Origin: Escherichia phage UPEC01
DNA length: 64,000 nt
Sequence record: MW233709
Direction: 5' to 3' (one strand)
The notes under the pieces are model-generated. The model had not been told where the DNA came from, made no database searches, and worked only from the letters and a program-made list of their open reading frames with translations. Shown here piece by piece: positions 61,214 through 64,000 of this stretch. Within the stretch, counting starts at the first letter, position 1, and each line of letters begins with the position of its first letter. Made by a program: the position numbers and the translations under genes.

Positions 61214-62494
61214 TTACGCCTCATAAATGATTGGCGGAAGTTTAACACCGAGCAGATAAGACATATTGCTCTGACCGGCCATTAAATCCATATTGGTTGC
61301 ATCGATAATACGAGCTTCTTTATCGTCTTTAGCAACGGTGTAAGGGTTAGCTGAAAGTGCATAACGAACCATCAAAGAGATAGCTGGTTGCAAACTGTCA
61401 GGGTCCACAATGACTTTAAACGCGCCTACATGCTCTTCATCATCTAAGTCCAGGCCTTCGGTATAAGGAGCATAGAAGATTGAGCCTACGACTTCGTTTC
61501 CGCCGTAATTTTCTTTAACGCCAACGGTTACATAATCCAATGGACTGTTAACATCACAGAATACAGGAAGACCATTAATCAAATAACCGTACGCTGTTTC
61601 AGGAAGCCACTGTTCGTCTTCAGGTTTATGCTTCAGCCAGCCAGAACCGGCCAACATAGCAGCAACACGGCTGGAGGCAACAACAAAGGTACCGGAATAA
61701 GATGTAGTTTTCTGAATTTCGGAGTTCATTTCGCAAACCAGTTCGTACAGTTTACGTGCGCCTTCTGGAGCTGCATCATATGTTAAATCGATGGTGCCAT
61801 TGTCAGAAACACCAGTTACTTTATAACGCTTGGAAACGGTAATAAGAGACTGAAGAACATCTTTGTTAATTTCATCTGCCATAATAGTAGCAAGCAGGTC
61901 TTCCAGGAAAGCAGGAGCATTAAAGCCATTTGCTTCCATATCCTGAGCAAGCTCAACAGTTAATGCAGTTTTCAATTTACGGGATTTAACAGGAGCATTC
62001 CATTTATTAACCTGGAATACAGCGTTACTAATTTCAACATCACCGGCTTCAAATTTCTCGGTGTGCGCTGCATCAGGAACCAAACGAATGGTTAATGCAA
62101 TAAGACCTTCTTGCAGAACATCTGATAATACAGTTTCGGTAGTCGATGCAAATGGATTATCAACCAGAGCTTTGTAAACGATATTTTGGTATTTTACATA
62201 TTCGCCTTTAGCAACAGGCTGAGTGGCTGTAGTTAATTCTGGAATAGTTGTACGGTCTTTAGAACCGACTTCGCCTCCATAAGTAGCGCCCGTCTGGAAA
62301 CTGAATTCATTATCAGGAGTAAGATATTTAACACCATACAGTGCAGCAACAGGCTGGTTAGTACGTTGTTCAGCGATGATATCGCGGTAAATCAATTTAG
62401 TCGTAGCGCGGGTCAAAGCAACAAGATTCGGGCGGCCCAATGAGTTGCTGGTAGTAATAGTTGACTCGCGCAGTAATTTGTTAATCTTTGCCAT
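61214..62494 (-). CDS. 24: capsid vertex protein gp24
   Basis: 426 aa; near-identical blocks to T4 gp24 (MAKIN.LLREST.T.SNS.GRPNLVALTRATTKLIY, QPVAA.YG.KYL.PDNEF). Confidence 0.9.
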   Translation of the reverse strand: MAKINKLLRESTITTSNSLGRPNLVALTRATTKLIYRDIIAEQRTNQPVAALYGVKYLTPDNEFSFQTGATYGGEVGSKDRTTIPELTTATQPVAKGEYVKYQNIVYKALVDNPFASTTETVLSDVLQEGLIALTIRLVPDAAHTEKFEAGDVEISNAVFQVNKWNAPVKSRKLKTALTVELAQDMEANGFNAPAFLEDLLATIMADEINKDVLQSLITVSKRYKVTGVSDNGTIDLTYDAAPEGARKLYELVCEMNSEIQKTTSYSGTFVVASSRVAAMLAGSGWLKHKPEDEQWLPETAYGYLINGLPVFCDVNSPLDYVTVGVKENYGGNEVVGSIFYAPYTEGLDLDDEEHVGAFKVIVDPDSLQPAISLMVRYALSANPYTVAKDDKEARIIDATNMDLMAGQSNMSYLLGVKLPPIIYEA

Positions 62495-62520
62495 TTGCGC
62501 TTTCCTTTTGTGATATACTT

Positions 62521-62528
62521 TATTTATA
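62521..62528 (-). promoter_or_regulatory. late promoter for gene 24
   Basis: TATAAATA on - strand upstream of gene 24 start at 62494. Confidence 0.6.
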
Positions 62529-62534
62529 AAAGTT

Positions 62535-62564
62535 GTTTACAACCAGATTAAGATAAGACATAAT
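62535..62564 (+). promoter_or_regulatory. early promoter cassette
   Basis: GTTTACA ... CATAAT; conserved block 62565-62582. Confidence 0.6.
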
Positions 62565-62605
62565 GATTCCATACTGAGTTAACAAACAAAACCTGGAGTT
62601 TAAAA

Positions 62606-62887
62606 ATGAACAAAGCAACTTTCCTTCTGAACACCTTTAAAAAATTGGAAATTGAAGTTATTGCATTGGTCAACAAATACCCAAATGGCGTTAATGGTAA
62701 TGCTCTGAACAAACTAGTTAAAAAATATGAAAACTTAGCATATGACACTGATTTCTGGTGGAATGGTAATTATTCTACTCACACTAAAGATAAAAATGGT
62801 AACTGGTTGAAACTTCAAGAAAACAATGTTAACTTCAGAGACCTCATCAAGCGCCGGGTAGAAGTTCATTTAAATGGTATGGTATGA
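62606..62887 (+). CDS. hypothetical protein (93 aa)
   Basis: ORF after early promoter 62535-62564, flanked by bidirectional terminator; occupies T4 segD position between genes 23 and 24. Confidence 0.5.
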   Translation: MNKATFLLNTFKKLEIEVIALVNKYPNGVNGNALNKLVKKYENLAYDTDFWWNGNYSTHTKDKNGNWLKLQENNVNFRDLIKRRVEVHLNGMV

Positions 62888-62892
62888 AAACA

Positions 62893-62920
62893 AGAAAGGG
62901 ACCTCAAGGGTCCCTTTTTA
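62893..62920. terminator. bidirectional intrinsic terminator
   Basis: GGGACC-TCAA-GGGTCCC flanked by A/T runs, between convergent 62606 ORF and gene 23. Confidence 0.7.
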
Positions 62921-62937
62921 TTTAACTTAATCTAAGA

Positions 62938-64000
62938 TTAAATTCCTTTAACATATACGCGGCGGAAGTAACCGTTCAAGCCGAGGCTGTTAACGATGTC
63001 CGGCATGCCGTTTTGAATACGCTTGGTCGGAGCCTGAGCTGTCGGGTCAGCGAACGGGTTAATACCGATACCGTAACGGGTTTTGAAGCCCATAACCGGC
63101 TGGAAGTTTTTCGGGTCAGAGCCACGCAGCGGAGTCAGTGCAACATATGGTGCATAGTAGATACCAGCATCCATTTCGTTAGCGCCTTTGTAACCGATGG
63201 TGAAGTAGTCTGCACGAGCATACTGGTCGATATAGACACGGTATTTGCCACCCAGAACACCAGCGAACACAGCTTTAGTGGTGTCAACGTTGAAACCTTT
63301 ACCCAGACCCTGAGCAGCATAAGATACGGAGGTATCAACTGCAGCCAGTACGTTAACTACGTTACGGGAAGCGATGATGAAGTTACCTGCACCACGGCCA
63401 GTCTGACGAGCGATTTCAGCAGCTTCTTTGTCAATCTGGAACAGTAAAGCTTTGAAGCTTTCACCAGCCCAACGAGCACCACGGATATCAATCGGGTCCT
63501 GGAAGTCAAACACACCAGCTTTAGCGCCAACGGTGTTGGTCATACCAGATTTACCAACCTGAGCGGAGTAGTTAATCCAATCGATAACTTCGCGGTTGAT
63601 TTCCAGCATAATTTCGGTAGCCAGAATACCACTCAATTCAGCATCAGCATCCATACCGTGGACAGCGCGGAGGTCCTGCGCCAGTTCGATAGAGTAGCTT
63701 GCTTTAAGCTGACGGGATTTAGCTTCGATAACTTGTTTGTCGATGCGGAAGCCCATTTCGTTCCACGGGTTATCAGTAGAACCGTTAAAGCCTTCCTGCA
63801 ATTCGGCGATAGAGGTAGCCATACCTTCAGCGATTTCTGCCAGCTTACCAGCTTCGAGCAGTTTGGTAACTTCAGCGTCAAGTTTAGCAGCATCAGTAGC
63901 GGCGGCATCGACGGTTACAGCTTCAACAGCCTGGTAGTGCGCAGAACCGGTTGCTTCGAAGAAGTGTGAATAAATTTTACCAACGGTAAGAACTTTGCTT
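62938..64000 (-). CDS. 23: major capsid protein gp23 (C-terminal part; 5-prime end beyond window)
   Basis: Reading frame open to window edge; translated region matches T4 gp23 (...HYQAVEAVTVDAAATDAAKLDAEVTKLLEAGKLAEIAEGMATSIAELQEGFNGSTDNPWNEMGFRIDKQVIEAKSRQLKA...RRVYVKGI). Confidence 0.95.
   Translation of the reverse strand, partial: SKVLTVGKIYSHFFEATGSAHYQAVEAVTVDAAATDAAKLDAEVTKLLEAGKLAEIAEGMATSIAELQEGFNGSTDNPWNEMGFRIDKQVIEAKSRQLKASYSIELAQDLRAVHGMDADAELSGILATEIMLEINREVIDWINYSAQVGKSGMTNTVGAKAGVFDFQDPIDIRGARWAGESFKALLFQIDKEAAEIARQTGRGAGNFIIASRNVVNVLAAVDTSVSYAAQGLGKGFNVDTTKAVFAGVLGGKYRVYIDQYARADYFTIGYKGANEMDAGIYYAPYVALTPLRGSDPKNFQPVMGFKTRYGIGINPFADPTAQAPTKRIQNGMPDIVNSLGLNGYFRRVYVKGI

Overview
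This window is a contiguous segment of a T4-like (T-even, Tevenvirinae-type) myovirus genome, syntenic with the phage T4 map from ndd/gene 52 to gene 23 and oriented opposite to the usual T4 convention. I assigned genes by reading the translated ORFs against remembered T4 protein sequences, sizes and gene order; no database search was run. Recognised on the + strand: ndd, ac, stp, 52 (topoisomerase II medium subunit), motA, asiA, rnh, dsbA, 33, 59, 32, frd, td, nrdA, nrdB, denA, rnlA, alc, pseT.3/pseT.2 spanin pair, pseT, cd, 31, rIII, 30 (DNA ligase), alt, 26, 25, uvsY, inh, hoc, rnlB, plus many small early ORFs of unknown function. On the - strand: holin t, gp38 adhesin, long tail fibre genes 37/36/35/34, baseplate and tail genes 54/48/29/28/27/51, uvsW.1, uvsW, two gp24-type vertex proteins and the 3-prime part of gene 23 (runs off the window). 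The segment is densely punctuated by early sigma70-like promoter cassettes with hairpins, MotA-box middle promoters, TATAAATA late promoters and UUCG-loop terminators. No rRNA, tRNA or CRISPR array was found. Most notable: a free-standing HNH endonuclease between uvsW and uvsW.1 flanked by an exact 19-bp direct repeat; a tandem gp24 duplication; a candidate NADAR-like/HAD-like gene pair just upstream of DNA ligase and alt; and a T2-type gp37 (C-terminal chaperone-like domain) plus glycine-rich gp38 adhesin. td and nrdB are intron-less. I found no clearly novel multi-gene system; the candidates are flagged with their uncertainty.
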